A stretch of 64,000 bases of DNA from an uncultured Victivallaceae bacterium (GCA_964402715.1 CAYODJ010000007.1:1-64000), one strand, 5' to 3'; positions 18,770 through 28,792 are shown, counted from the stretch's first letter. A program made the numbers and translations. Notes: generated from the letters alone by a model not told the origin.

Positions 18770-19207
18770 ATGTTATGTAAGAATTGCGGGAATCAATTGG
18801 CGGGGGATGTGCGTGTCTGCCCCAAATGCGGCGTTGAGATCGGGGGGGGGGGGGGGACGACCTCCTCCGCAGGAAAATCCCCGTCGCCGTCGACGGATGA
18901 TTCGGGTTCGCTGGTGAGTCGGGTCACCGGTTTGCTAAAGCCGGCTGTCGTCCTGCCCCGGACGGCCGAAATCGAGGCTCTCGCTGCGGGGCCGGCAAAG
19001 AGTCTGAAGGTTTATATATTGCTGGCGCTCTTCCTCGGGAATTTGGGAGCTCATAGTTTCTATGCCGGATACCGTCGGAGAGCACTGACGGCGCTGATGT
19101 GTGCAATTCCTCCATGCTGCTGTCTGCTCACGATTTTCCCGGCAGTGGGGGCGATCCAGGATATGATTCACACAAGATGCGATGCGGCCGGGCGTCCCAT
19201 GATATGA
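18770..19207 (+). CDS. Zinc-ribbon + Gly-rich linker + TM2-domain membrane protein (paralog)
   Basis: MLCKNCGNQLAGDVRVCPKCG ribbon; TM2-like YILLALFLGNLGAHSFYAGYRRRALTALM. SD AAGGAG upstream of ATG 18770. Confidence 0.55.
   Translation: MLCKNCGNQLAGDVRVCPKCGVEIGGGGGTTSSAGKSPSPSTDDSGSLVSRVTGLLKPAVVLPRTAEIEALAAGPAKSLKVYILLALFLGNLGAHSFYAGYRRRALTALMCAIPPCCCLLTIFPAVGAIQDMIHTRCDAAGRPMI
18842..18857. repeat. Homopolymeric poly(G) tract (15-16 nt) inside the coding sequence, encoding a Gly5 run
   Basis: Read directly. The ORF track needs 15 G to keep the frame open, while my count of the printed text gives 16; I could not reconcile this to the single base. Confidence 0.7.
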
Positions 19208-19208
19208 G

Positions 19209-19586
19209 ATGAGGAGAGGCCTTAATTCTGCAACATGCGCGATCGTGGCCGTTCCGGCCATCGTCGCGCTTTATTTGCTGTACAGGGAGGGACCGCAGGG
19301 AGTGTGGTGGTTTCCGCCCTGCATTTTTCACCGCATAACTCACTGGTACTGTCCGGGGTGCGGCTCGACCCGTGCGGTGTACAGGCTGCTGCATGGCGAT
19401 CTTCGCGGATGTCTTACTGCCAATGTGCTGCTGTTTCCCGGTGTTCTGCTGACCTTATGTCTGGCGACAAGAAGAAATGTCACATTGACCGGCAGGGAAT
19501 ATTTCGGCGTCATAGCGCTCTACTCGTTTTACTGGATTGTCCGGAATCTGCCGATTGAGCCTTTTACTTTTCTGATGCCGCGGTAA
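19209..19586 (+). CDS. DUF2752-family small membrane protein
   Basis: HWYCPGCGSTRA motif characteristic of DUF2752, plus 3-4 TM helices. Starts 2 nt after the upstream stop. Confidence 0.55.
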   Translation: MRRGLNSATCAIVAVPAIVALYLLYREGPQGVWWFPPCIFHRITHWYCPGCGSTRAVYRLLHGDLRGCLTANVLLFPGVLLTLCLATRRNVTLTGREYFGVIALYSFYWIVRNLPIEPFTFLMPR

Positions 19587-20215
19587 TCCTGGGTGCTGTT
19601 CCGAATCATACGCAGGGAAGTTGCGCCTGAACAATTCATCCGGCCGCAGGTGTTCGTCATAAGGTTCGGGACGACGGCGGATTCTCCATAACAAGATATT
19701 TTTTCACTGTCATCCCACAGGGTTGAAAAACAGCCTTTTTGCGCCACTACATTGAGCTTACTTCTCTGATTCTTGCAGAACACCATTTCCCGATTTTTTC
19801 TTTCATTGAGTTTGTTCAAGTCGGAGCAAATCCCGGCAGGAAGCCCGTTCCGGAGCTGTGCTTGCACCGACAGGATGGATGCTGTCCCGCAGCATCGCAG
19901 GAAGCTTCCGCCATGTAGATGGCGATGTGCTCATCCCATGGGACGGCTGTGAAGTGAAATAATGCTCAATATCCATATCTTCGTCACAAGGAACTGCCGT
20001 CAGTTCGGACGGCATCAGGGTAAAACCGTCTGCGGCGCCGGATCCGCGGCGCCGCGCACATTCCCACCGCGACGGAGCGACGGGACGGCGGGGCGTTCCT
20101 CCGGAGGCTTCGCGCGGCAGCGCCGTCTCCCGGCCGGACGGATTTCATGATTTTCAGCGGGAAAAATTGCATTTATGCCGCCAAAGGACTATATTCCGTG
20201 TCGGCGGTGCGTCGG

Positions 20216-20289
20216 GGGCGATTAGCTCAGTCGGCTAGAGCGTCACGTTTACACCGTGAATGTCGGCGGTTCGAGTCCGTCATCGCCCA
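20216..20289 (+). tRNA. tRNA-Val (anticodon TAC), no encoded CCA
   Basis: Hand fold: acceptor GGGCGAT/ATCGCCC, anticodon stem TCACG/CGTGA with loop TTTACAC, T-loop TTCGAGT. One of the five T-stem pairs is an A/T mismatch, so this call is less secure than tRNA-Arg. Confidence 0.6.
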
Positions 20290-20664
20290 TGATCCCGGCC
20301 GCGGGCGCCGCAGACGATTTCCGGGAGCCCGTTCCGTCTCTCCCTCCGCCTCCCGGCATGCCGCTCTGAACCATGCCGTGATGCGGAACGGTGCGGCCGG
20401 AACGGGCGGCGTTTGCATTTTTCAAACGACACGGTATATTCTCCCGCCGGAGCGTCAATGTGGTTTTGACGGCAATCTTTAAACCGGCGGGACGCCGGAT
20501 GCGGCGCGACAGGACTCGGTCGGATTCCGTCTCACGGGCTTCGGTTCCCCTGCGGCGGTTTCCGCGCGGGATCGGAGAGTTCCGGAGACGAGTGGAATGC
20601 TCCGCCGGTGGTCGGAGAGCGCCGGGTCGGTCGTCCCGCTAAGACAAAAAGGAAGGGTTTCATC

Positions 20665-21366
<702 letters not shown>

Positions 21367-21390
21367 TTCGGTTTTTTCAACGCAGCCTCG

Positions 21391-21426
21391 AAATCCGGAT
21401 CTGTGAAAACGGATCCGGATTTTTTC
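21391..21426 (+). terminator. Intrinsic terminator downstream of aqpZ
   Basis: AAATCCGGATC-TGTGAAAAC-GGATCCGGATTTTTTT: perfect hairpin followed by T7. Confidence 0.7.
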
Positions 21427-21533
21427 ACGCCGTGAAACCGTTCTCCGCGCCGATTTCGTGAGTGGGGGCGGCGCCGTGCACGGACGGGGAGGGCTGATTC
21501 TCACGCCGGGCCGACCTGCGGTCCGCGCTCCGG

Positions 21534-22490
21534 CTAAAGATCTCTAAACAGATCGCCCTGCTCCGGCTCCGGAGTCCGCGCCGGCTCCGGTCCGGGGCTG
21601 TCGAACAGCGGCAGCTCGTCCTCGTCGGAGCCGCCGCATCGATGAAGATCTTTCAACTGGCGCAGGAGACCGTGAAGTTCCATGCGTCTGCAGATTTCAA
21701 TGACTTTCTTCCAGTCCGGCGTCCGGCGTCCGCAGACGGCCGAGACCGGCGACAGGCGCGCCGGCAGATCCGTCCGCAGCCGGATCAGCCGCCGGTTGCG
21801 CGCCAGGACATCGGCGGATTTCAGCAGCTGCTCCCGCAGGCGGGGATTGGCGATTTTTTCCGGGTGCTCCAGGAGATCGTCGACCGAGCCCAGCCGCAGC
21901 CATTCCGCCGCGGTCTTCGCGCCGACCCCTTTCACTCCCGCTATGTTGTCGGACGCGTCCCCCAGCAGCGACAGGTAATCGACGATGGCCGACGGCGGGA
22001 CGGAGAATTTCTTCATCACTCCGGCTTCGTCGCGGATTTCCCAGCCGGAGCCGTCCCTGCCCGGCAGCAGGATGGAGACGCGCCGATCAACAAGCTGGGA
22101 CAGATCCTTGTCGGAGCTGACGATGCGCACCGGCTCGACCGCAGCCAGCGCCAGGGCGGCGATCAGGTCGTCGGCTTCGTATTCCGGTTCCTCCAGAATC
22201 GGCCATCCGAAAGCCGCCGACAACTCTCTCAGCACGGGAATCTGCCGCTTCAGATCGTCCGGCATATGCGGACGGTTGCCCTTGTACTCCGGGCACAGCT
22301 TCAGCCTGAATTGCACTTTGCCGCAGTCGAAGACCATCGCGCCCAGCGGGTCGCGGAAATCGTGATCCAGTTTCAGAAGCAGTTTGGTGAACGGCAGCAG
22401 CGCGTTGGTCGGCTCGCCTCTGGAATTGCTCAGGCTGCGCACCGCGTGGTAACTGCGGAAAATCTGGGAATACGCGTCGATCAGGATCAT
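21534..22490 (-). CDS. 5'-3' exonuclease / flap endonuclease (Pol I N-terminal domain-like, Xni/ExoIX family)
   Basis: ILIDAYSQIFRSYHA..., acidic-cluster motifs, and a helix-hairpin-helix GVKGVGAKTAAEWL. SD AGGAGA before ATG 22490. Confidence 0.7.
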   Translation of the reverse strand: MILIDAYSQIFRSYHAVRSLSNSRGEPTNALLPFTKLLLKLDHDFRDPLGAMVFDCGKVQFRLKLCPEYKGNRPHMPDDLKRQIPVLRELSAAFGWPILEEPEYEADDLIAALALAAVEPVRIVSSDKDLSQLVDRRVSILLPGRDGSGWEIRDEAGVMKKFSVPPSAIVDYLSLLGDASDNIAGVKGVGAKTAAEWLRLGSVDDLLEHPEKIANPRLREQLLKSADVLARNRRLIRLRTDLPARLSPVSAVCGRRTPDWKKVIEICRRMELHGLLRQLKDLHRCGGSDEDELPLFDSPGPEPARTPEPEQGDLFRDL

Positions 22491-22690
22491 GGGAATCTCC
22501 TGTTTTCAGACGGACGGCCGCCTCGGTCCTTTCTTCTGTCCTCCGCCGGTCACCGGCACCGCGTCATGAAGCGTCCGTGACGGCACGGATCCGGAACGCC
22601 CGGTCATACCACAGCGCCGGCTTTTCCGCTTTGAATGCCGCCGCCGCGCCGTTCCCCGTCGTTCCGTCCGTTCCCCGGAAGCCCGGCGCG

Positions 22691-23515
22691 CTATCGGAAG
22701 AACGGCACATGTTCCAGCCGGAACCGGCGCATCTCCTCCCCGTCGTAAAACACCCTGTCCAGAAACAGTCCGTGAGGCGGCGCCGTGTCGGGCGCGGCGG
22801 CACGGTCCCCGGCGGCGAGGATCGCGTCGATCCCGTCCGGCGGAATCGCTCCGGCTCCCGCAGCCTCGATCGCGCCGACCATGCAGCGGATCATCTTGTA
22901 CAGAAAGCCGTTTCCGACGAAAGTCATGCAGACATAGCTGCCGAAACAGTCCTGATCAATCCGGTATATCGTGCGGACCGCGTCCTCGATTCTGCCGCGC
23001 TCCACCACGAAACTGGAGAAATCGTGCGTTCCGACCAGACGCCGGGACGCCTCGTGCATCAGATCCGGACGGATTGCGCGGCGCGGGCGCCAGCTGTACC
23101 TGGAGGAGAACGGGGAGTCGCCTCCGAGGTTCAGCACATAGGTGTACGCCTTCCCCAGCGCGTCATGGCGGGCGTGAAACGCCAGCGGCACCTCCCGGAT
23201 CGAAACGACGCGCACGTCGGACGGCATCAGGCGGTTCAGCGCGGAGCGGACTTTCTCCATCGGTATGGCCGGCCGCTCCGGAGCCAGGAATGACGCCGCG
23301 AATCCCAGCGCGTGCACTCCGGCGTCCGTCCGGCTGCTGCCGATGACATGGATGCGGACGCCGCCGTACAGGCGGGACAATGTCCGCTGAAGCACATCCT
23401 GCACCGTCGGCCTGCGCGGCTGAATCTGCCAGCCGCCGTATCCGGAGCCGTCAAAGCAGATTTCCAGCAGAAACCGGTGCGCCGGAGGGTAGGTGGTCGA
23501 TTCGATCGATGTCAT
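22691..23515 (-). CDS. truA: tRNA pseudouridine(38-40) synthase TruA
   Basis: YDGSGYGGWQIQP...RTDAGVHA catalytic Asp motif; length 274 aa. Confidence 0.8.
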   Translation of the reverse strand: MTSIESTTYPPAHRFLLEICFDGSGYGGWQIQPRRPTVQDVLQRTLSRLYGGVRIHVIGSSRTDAGVHALGFAASFLAPERPAIPMEKVRSALNRLMPSDVRVVSIREVPLAFHARHDALGKAYTYVLNLGGDSPFSSRYSWRPRRAIRPDLMHEASRRLVGTHDFSSFVVERGRIEDAVRTIYRIDQDCFGSYVCMTFVGNGFLYKMIRCMVGAIEAAGAGAIPPDGIDAILAAGDRAAAPDTAPPHGLFLDRVFYDGEEMRRFRLEHVPFFR

Positions 23516-23679
23516 AGCTTGTGTCCGGCCGGGATGAATCCTTCATGGGCGCGGCGGGGCGACCCGTCCGGGATCCTCCCCCGCGGTGTCGCGGAAACAA
23601 TCCCGCAGCGGGGGGAAGATACATCCGGAGCACGCTTCCGTCAAGCCGCGGACGCGGCCGCGCGGCGGGAAATTCAACG

Positions 23680-24792
23680 TCACAGCCACTCCGCCGCCAG
23701 ATCGTCCCAGAAAGACAGGCCGCGTTCGGTCAGGCGCAGGCCGTCGCCGGTGTATTCCAGCGTTCCCGGAAACATCTCCTCTATGCGGCGGGCGTCGTCC
23801 AGCAGCAGGCTCCATTCCCCGGCGGTCGCCCCGGGCAGCGACAGGAACTCCCCGCGCCGCCAGCCGGCGACGGTGCGCAGGTTCATGACCCAGATCTCGC
23901 GGCGGCGCCTCTCCGGCGGCAGATAGTCGTCGGCCGGAGGCTCCCCCGCCAGCCACCGGGCGAGCGAGGCCGGCTCCTGATAACGGCGTTTGCCGTCGTA
24001 GGACGCGGCCGCCGGTCCGAATCCCAGCAGCCGGCCGCCGCGCCATACGCGCAGATTGTGGAGACACTCGCCGCCCGGGCGGGCGTAATTGGAGATCTCA
24101 TAACGCGGGACGCCCCGCGACGACAGCATCTCCCCCGCCATGTCCCACATGTCCGCCGCGAGGTCGTCGTCGATCAGCAGCCCGGGGTCTGACGCCAGGG
24201 CCGAGCCCTCCGCCCGCGTCAGCGCGTATAGCGAGACATGATCCGCTCCGCATTCCGTCACGCGGCGCAGTTCATCGGCCAGCCGCGTCAGGGTCTGCCC
24301 CGGGACGCCGTAGATGAGGTCGCAGTTGCAGTGAGGAAATCCCCGGTCGGCGATCCATTCCAGGGCGTCGGCTATCGCGCGGTCGGAGCATCTCCTGCCG
24401 AGACGCGACCGCAGCTCCGCGTCGAACGACTGCACTCCGAGACTGATTCTGGTCGCGGTTCCGGCGATGAGTCCGACTTTCGGCCGCGTCAGGGTTTCCG
24501 GATTCGCCTCCAGCGTGATTTCGGCGCCGCGCACCAGCGGCAGCCGGCCGGCCGAGACGGCGAACAGCGACTCCAGATCCCGCTCGTCGAGCAGCGACGG
24601 CGTGCCGCCGCCGAAGTAGAGAGATTCCACGGGGGAATCTATCTCCGCTTCCTCGATGTCCCGCTTCAGATGCTCGAGATAGACTCCGACGAGCTCCGGA
24701 TCGGCCGCCGGTTCGGAATAGAAGGCGCAGTAGCCGCATTTCTCCCGGCAGAAAGGCACATGGATGTATACCTGCAGGGCGTCGCCGCTCAC
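23680..24792 (-). CDS. hemW: Radical-SAM heme chaperone HemW (coproporphyrinogen-III oxidase-like)
   Basis: YIHVPFCREKCGYCAF radical-SAM CxxxCxxC plus a HemN_C-like tail. Likely GTG start at 24792 overlaps the upstream TGA (GTGA); the only in-frame ATG is at 24990. Confidence 0.65.
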   Translation of the reverse strand: MSGDALQVYIHVPFCREKCGYCAFYSEPAADPELVGVYLEHLKRDIEEAEIDSPVESLYFGGGTPSLLDERDLESLFAVSAGRLPLVRGAEITLEANPETLTRPKVGLIAGTATRISLGVQSFDAELRSRLGRRCSDRAIADALEWIADRGFPHCNCDLIYGVPGQTLTRLADELRRVTECGADHVSLYALTRAEGSALASDPGLLIDDDLAADMWDMAGEMLSSRGVPRYEISNYARPGGECLHNLRVWRGGRLLGFGPAAASYDGKRRYQEPASLARWLAGEPPADDYLPPERRRREIWVMNLRTVAGWRRGEFLSLPGATAGEWSLLLDDARRIEEMFPGTLEYTGDGLRLTERGLSFWDDLAAEWL

Positions 24793-25958
24793 TGACGGCC
24801 CGCGGTTAGCGCCACGGCCACCAGAAAGCGGATTCCGTTCCCGAGCGCCGCGTCGTTGAAGTCGTAGCCGGGATTGTGCAGCCCGGGCCTGTCGCCCACG
24901 CCGAGGTGGGCGTATATGCCGGGGCAGCGCTCCAGGTAATAGGCGAAATCCTCCGCGGTCATGGACGGACGGTCCAGTCTGAGGAAGCATTCTCCGCCGA
25001 GAGCCTCCTCGGCGACGGCTTCCGCCAGCCGGAAGGACGCTTCGGAATTGACGGTGGGACGGTAGTTCTCGAGGTAGTCGATTTCACAGCGCGCCCCGGT
25101 CGCGGCGCAGATCCCGTCCATGACGCGCCGGATCGCCGGTTCGAAGCGCGACGCGGCCTCATGCGAGAGGGCGCGGCACGTGCCGCTTATCTCGGCGGAG
25201 TCCGGAATGATGTTGGAACTGTTTCCGGCGGCGAACCGGCATACGCTCAGCACGGCCGCCTCCTGGGGATCGAAATTGCGCGAGACGACGGTCTGGAGCG
25301 CGGTGACGGCCATGCATCCGGTCACCAGCGGATCGACGGTCTTCTCGGGCGTGCTGCCATGTCCTCCGCGCCCGGAGATCCGGATGGTGAAATGCGCCGC
25401 CGACGCCATGATCGGACCGACGCGGGTGGCTATCACGCCGACCGGAATCCCCGGCCATCCGTGAAGAGCCGCCACGAAGTCGGCTTTCGGATTCTCCAGA
25501 ACCCCTTTTTCAACCAGCTCCCTGCCCATGGAGCGGACTTCCTCCCCGGGCTGAAAGATGACGCGGACGCGTCCGCGCACCTCCCGCCGCATCTCCGTCA
25601 GGATTCTGGCCGCGCCGACCAGCATGGCCATGTGTCCGTCGTGGCCGCAGGCGTGCATCATGCCGCAGCGCTCCGAACGGTAAGGCAGATCGCTCCGCTC
25701 CTCCAGCGGCAGGGCGTCCATGTCCGCGCGCAGCGCGACGCACCGTCCCGGTCCGGAGCCGACGATGTCTCCGACCACGTCGGTGCCGAGCAGGGGCTCG
25801 CGCCAGGAGATCGGAAGGTCCCTCAGGGACTCCCGGATCAGCGCGGCGGTCTCCCGCTCCTGGCCGGCTATCTCCGGCGTCCGGTGCAGCCTGTGGCGCA
25901 GTCCGGCGATTTCAGGCAGAATCTCCTCGACTCGTTCACGGATTTCCTCGGCGTTCAT
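24789..25958 (-). CDS. M20D-family amidohydrolase (HipO/ILR1/N-acyl-amino-acid amidohydrolase-like)
   Basis: MHACGHDGH metal-binding motif and the M20 dimerisation-domain pattern. SD GAAAGGA before ATG 25958. Confidence 0.7.
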   Translation of the reverse strand: MNAEEIRERVEEILPEIAGLRHRLHRTPEIAGQERETAALIRESLRDLPISWREPLLGTDVVGDIVGSGPGRCVALRADMDALPLEERSDLPYRSERCGMMHACGHDGHMAMLVGAARILTEMRREVRGRVRVIFQPGEEVRSMGRELVEKGVLENPKADFVAALHGWPGIPVGVIATRVGPIMASAAHFTIRISGRGGHGSTPEKTVDPLVTGCMAVTALQTVVSRNFDPQEAAVLSVCRFAAGNSSNIIPDSAEISGTCRALSHEAASRFEPAIRRVMDGICAATGARCEIDYLENYRPTVNSEASFRLAEAVAEEALGGECFLRLDRPSMTAEDFAYYLERCPGIYAHLGVGDRPGLHNPGYDFNDAALGNGIRFLVAVALTAGRQ

Positions 25959-25971
25959 GTGAGATCCTTTC

Positions 25972-27246
25972 TCAGAAACGGTAGACGGTCCGTCCGCCGA
26001 CGAAAGTCCGCATCACCCGGCCGCGCACCGGCATGCCGCCGAAGGGAGTGTTGCGCGACTTCGAGAGAAACGTCGCCGGATCGATCCTGTACGAACAGTC
26101 CGGATCGATGACGGTGATGTCGGCGGGATGTCCCTCGGCGAGGTCGCAGCATTTCAGTCCGAGAACCTCGGCCGGTCCGACGGTGAATTTCGCGATCAGC
26201 TGCTCCAGCGTGAGAATCCCGCTGTGGAACAGCGTCGTCAGCGTGACGGGGAGCGCCGTCTCCAGGCCGATGATTCCGAAAGGGGCGTCGTCGAACTCCA
26301 CCAGCTTGGACGTCGCGGTGTGCGGGGCGTGATCGGTGGCGATCACCGAAATGGAATTGTCGGCCAGCCCGGCGATCAGCGCCAGGCGGTCCTCCTCGGA
26401 GCGCAGCGGCGGATTCATCTTGTAGTTGGTGTCGTACGTCTTCACGCACTCGTCCGTCAGCGCGATATGGTGCGGAGTGGCCTCACCGGTCACGGGAAGC
26501 CCCTGCCGCCGCGCCTGACGGATCAGTTCGACGCTCTCCCGGGCGCTGACGTGCTGGACGTGAATCCGCGCGTTCGTCAGCCGCGACAGGATGATGTCCC
26601 TGGCCACCATCAGCTCCTCCGACGCGGAGGCGATTCCGTTCATCCCGAGAAGCACGGACCATTCGCCCTCGTGCATGGAGCCGCCGGCGGACAGATATTC
26701 GTCCTCGCAGTGATCGAGGATCGGCAGACCGAACGCGTGCGCGTATTCGGAGACATGACGCATCAGGGCATGGTTCTGAATGCATCCGCCGTCGTCGCTC
26801 AGCGCGACCACGCCGGCGGCGTAGAGGCCCCCGATGCCGGCCATCTCCTTCCCGGCGCGGTTCCTGGACATGCAGCCGCACGGCAGCACGCGGACCACGC
26901 CGTGACGGGCGGCGGTCTGGCGGAGGAACTCGATGGCTCCGGGAGTGTCCGCAGCCGGCGTCGTGTTGGGCATGGCGACGACGGTGGTGAAGCCGCCCGC
27001 GGCGGCGGCCATGGTGCCGGAGGCGACGGTTTCGGCAGCGTTGTTGCCGGGCTGCCGCAGGTGCACGTGCATATCTATCAGCCCCGGGGTGACGACCATG
27101 CCGGAGACGTCGATTACTTCGGGATTTTTCACGCGCTCGGGGGCGGCGACGAGTCCGTCGGAGACGCCGACGTCCATGACGCGGTCTATGCCGCGCGCCG
27201 GATCGACGACCCGCCCCCCCTTGAGAATGAAACAGGATGAATTCAT
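25972..27246 (-). CDS. pyrC: Dihydroorotase
   Basis: DMHVHLRQPG...TTVVAMPNT motifs. ATG 27246 overlaps the pyrB stop (ATGA). Confidence 0.75.
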   Translation of the reverse strand: MNSSCFILKGGRVVDPARGIDRVMDVGVSDGLVAAPERVKNPEVIDVSGMVVTPGLIDMHVHLRQPGNNAAETVASGTMAAAAGGFTTVVAMPNTTPAADTPGAIEFLRQTAARHGVVRVLPCGCMSRNRAGKEMAGIGGLYAAGVVALSDDGGCIQNHALMRHVSEYAHAFGLPILDHCEDEYLSAGGSMHEGEWSVLLGMNGIASASEELMVARDIILSRLTNARIHVQHVSARESVELIRQARRQGLPVTGEATPHHIALTDECVKTYDTNYKMNPPLRSEEDRLALIAGLADNSISVIATDHAPHTATSKLVEFDDAPFGIIGLETALPVTLTTLFHSGILTLEQLIAKFTVGPAEVLGLKCCDLAEGHPADITVIDPDCSYRIDPATFLSKSRNTPFGGMPVRGRVMRTFVGGRTVYRF

Positions 27247-28175
27247 TTGCTGCCGCACCCCGCGACCAGGAACAGGACGGCCATGCGCACCGCCAGACCG
27301 TTGGTCACCTGTTCCAGAATGACCGAATTCGAACCGTCCGCGACCGAGGAATCCAGCTCCACGTCGCGGTTGATCGGCCCCGGATGCATGATCAGCGCAT
27401 CGGGCCGGAGGTATCTGAAATTCTCCTTGTTCAGACCGAAGAACCGCGCGTATTCGTTGACGTTCGGGAAGAATCCCGCGGCCTGCCGTTCATGCTGAAT
27501 CCGCAGCAGATTGACCACGTCCGCGTCCGGAAGCGCGCTGCGGAGATCATGACAGACCCTCACCCCGATCTTCTCGAACTCGCGGGGGACCAGCGTGGCC
27601 GGACCGGCGACGGTGACGTGCGCTCCGAGCTTGAGAAGCCCCCAGATGTTGCTGCGGGCGACCCTGCTGTGAAGAATGTCCCCGACGATGGTGACGTTCA
27701 GACCGGCTATCCTGCCCTTGTGCTGACGGATGGTGAAGAGATCCAGCAGAGCCTGGGTCGGGTGGCTGTGGGCGCCGTCGCCGGCGTTCACGACGCTGCA
27801 GCGGACGTTCTTGGCGATGAAGTTGGGCGCTCCGGTGGCGCGGTGGCGCATGACCAGCAGATCCACCTGCAGCGCCTCTATGTTGCGCACGGTGTCCAGG
27901 AGAGTCTCCCCCTTCTTCAGACTGCTGGCGTCGACGGCGACGTTGATGATGTCCGCGCTGAGACGCTTCTCGGCCAGCTCGAAGGAGATCCGCGTGCGCG
28001 TGGACGGCTCCACGAAGAAGTTCACGACGGTCTTGCCGCGGAGGGCGGGAACCTTCTTGACGTTGCGTTCCGACACCTTCTTGAACTCCTCGGCGGTGTC
28101 GAGAATGCATTCGATCTCGTCGCCGTTCAGGTCGTAGAGACTGAGCAGATCCTTGCGGTTCCATACGGATTTCAT
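27243..28175 (-). CDS. pyrB: Aspartate carbamoyltransferase catalytic subunit
   Basis: STRTR carbamoyl-phosphate motif, HPTQ, HPGP. Real start is MKSVWN at 28175 inside the artefactual 709-aa ORF. Confidence 0.85.
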   Translation of the reverse strand: MKSVWNRKDLLSLYDLNGDEIECILDTAEEFKKVSERNVKKVPALRGKTVVNFFVEPSTRTRISFELAEKRLSADIINVAVDASSLKKGETLLDTVRNIEALQVDLLVMRHRATGAPNFIAKNVRCSVVNAGDGAHSHPTQALLDLFTIRQHKGRIAGLNVTIVGDILHSRVARSNIWGLLKLGAHVTVAGPATLVPREFEKIGVRVCHDLRSALPDADVVNLLRIQHERQAAGFFPNVNEYARFFGLNKENFRYLRPDALIMHPGPINRDVELDSSVADGSNSVILEQVTNGLAVRMAVLFLVAGCGSK

Positions 28176-28792
28176 GTCAGCGCGTCCGCAGGTTGCGGCG
28201 CCGCGTCGCGGCGCCACGGCACCGCGAGGATGGCGTCGACGCCGTCGTTTTCCACGAAGTCGACACGGATTCTGCGCCCGATCGGCACGTCGACGCGCAG
28301 ACCGACGTAGTCGGCGCGTATGGGATACTCCTGCATGCCGCGGTCGACCAGCACCGCCAGACGTATCAGCGCGGGACGGCCGTAGTCGGTGACCGCGTCC
28401 AGGGCGGCGCGGATGCTGCGCCCGGACGACAGCACGTCGTCGACGAGAATGACGCGCTTGTTCTCCATGTTGAACGGGATGACCGTTTCGCGGATCAGCG
28501 GAAGACCGCTGCGCAGTCCGACATCGTCGCGGTACATGGAGATGTCGAGTTTCGCAAGCTCGGGGCGGCCTCCTCCGCGCTCTTCGACGGCGCGGATCAG
28601 CCGCTCCGCCAGCGGGACGCCCTGCTTGTAAATGCCGATCAGGGCGAATCCGCCGCCGTCCCGGCGGAAGTCGCGTACTATGGCGTCGGCGATGCGGCCG
28701 ACGGCCGCCGCGATGTCGGCGGCGCCGTAAAGGTTTTCTTCCCGGTCGCGCTGCATGTCGCGGAGGGCACGTTTTTCTTCGTTTTCGATCAT
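28172..28792 (-). CDS. pyrR: Bifunctional pyr operon regulator / uracil phosphoribosyltransferase PyrR
   Basis: PRTase motif VILVDDVLSSGRSIRAAL. Stop overlaps the pyrB ATG (ATGA). Start is ATG 28792, or the GTG at 28807 the track calls. Confidence 0.75.
   Translation of the reverse strand: MIENEEKRALRDMQRDREENLYGAADIAAAVGRIADAIVRDFRRDGGGFALIGIYKQGVPLAERLIRAVEERGGGRPELAKLDISMYRDDVGLRSGLPLIRETVIPFNMENKRVILVDDVLSSGRSIRAALDAVTDYGRPALIRLAVLVDRGMQEYPIRADYVGLRVDVPIGRRIRVDFVENDGVDAILAVPWRRDAAPQPADALT

Noticed and set aside
18842-18857. Poly-G tract as a possible CRISPR or repeat-array element
   Set aside because: It is a single homopolymer inside a CDS. No spaced direct repeats occur anywhere in the window.
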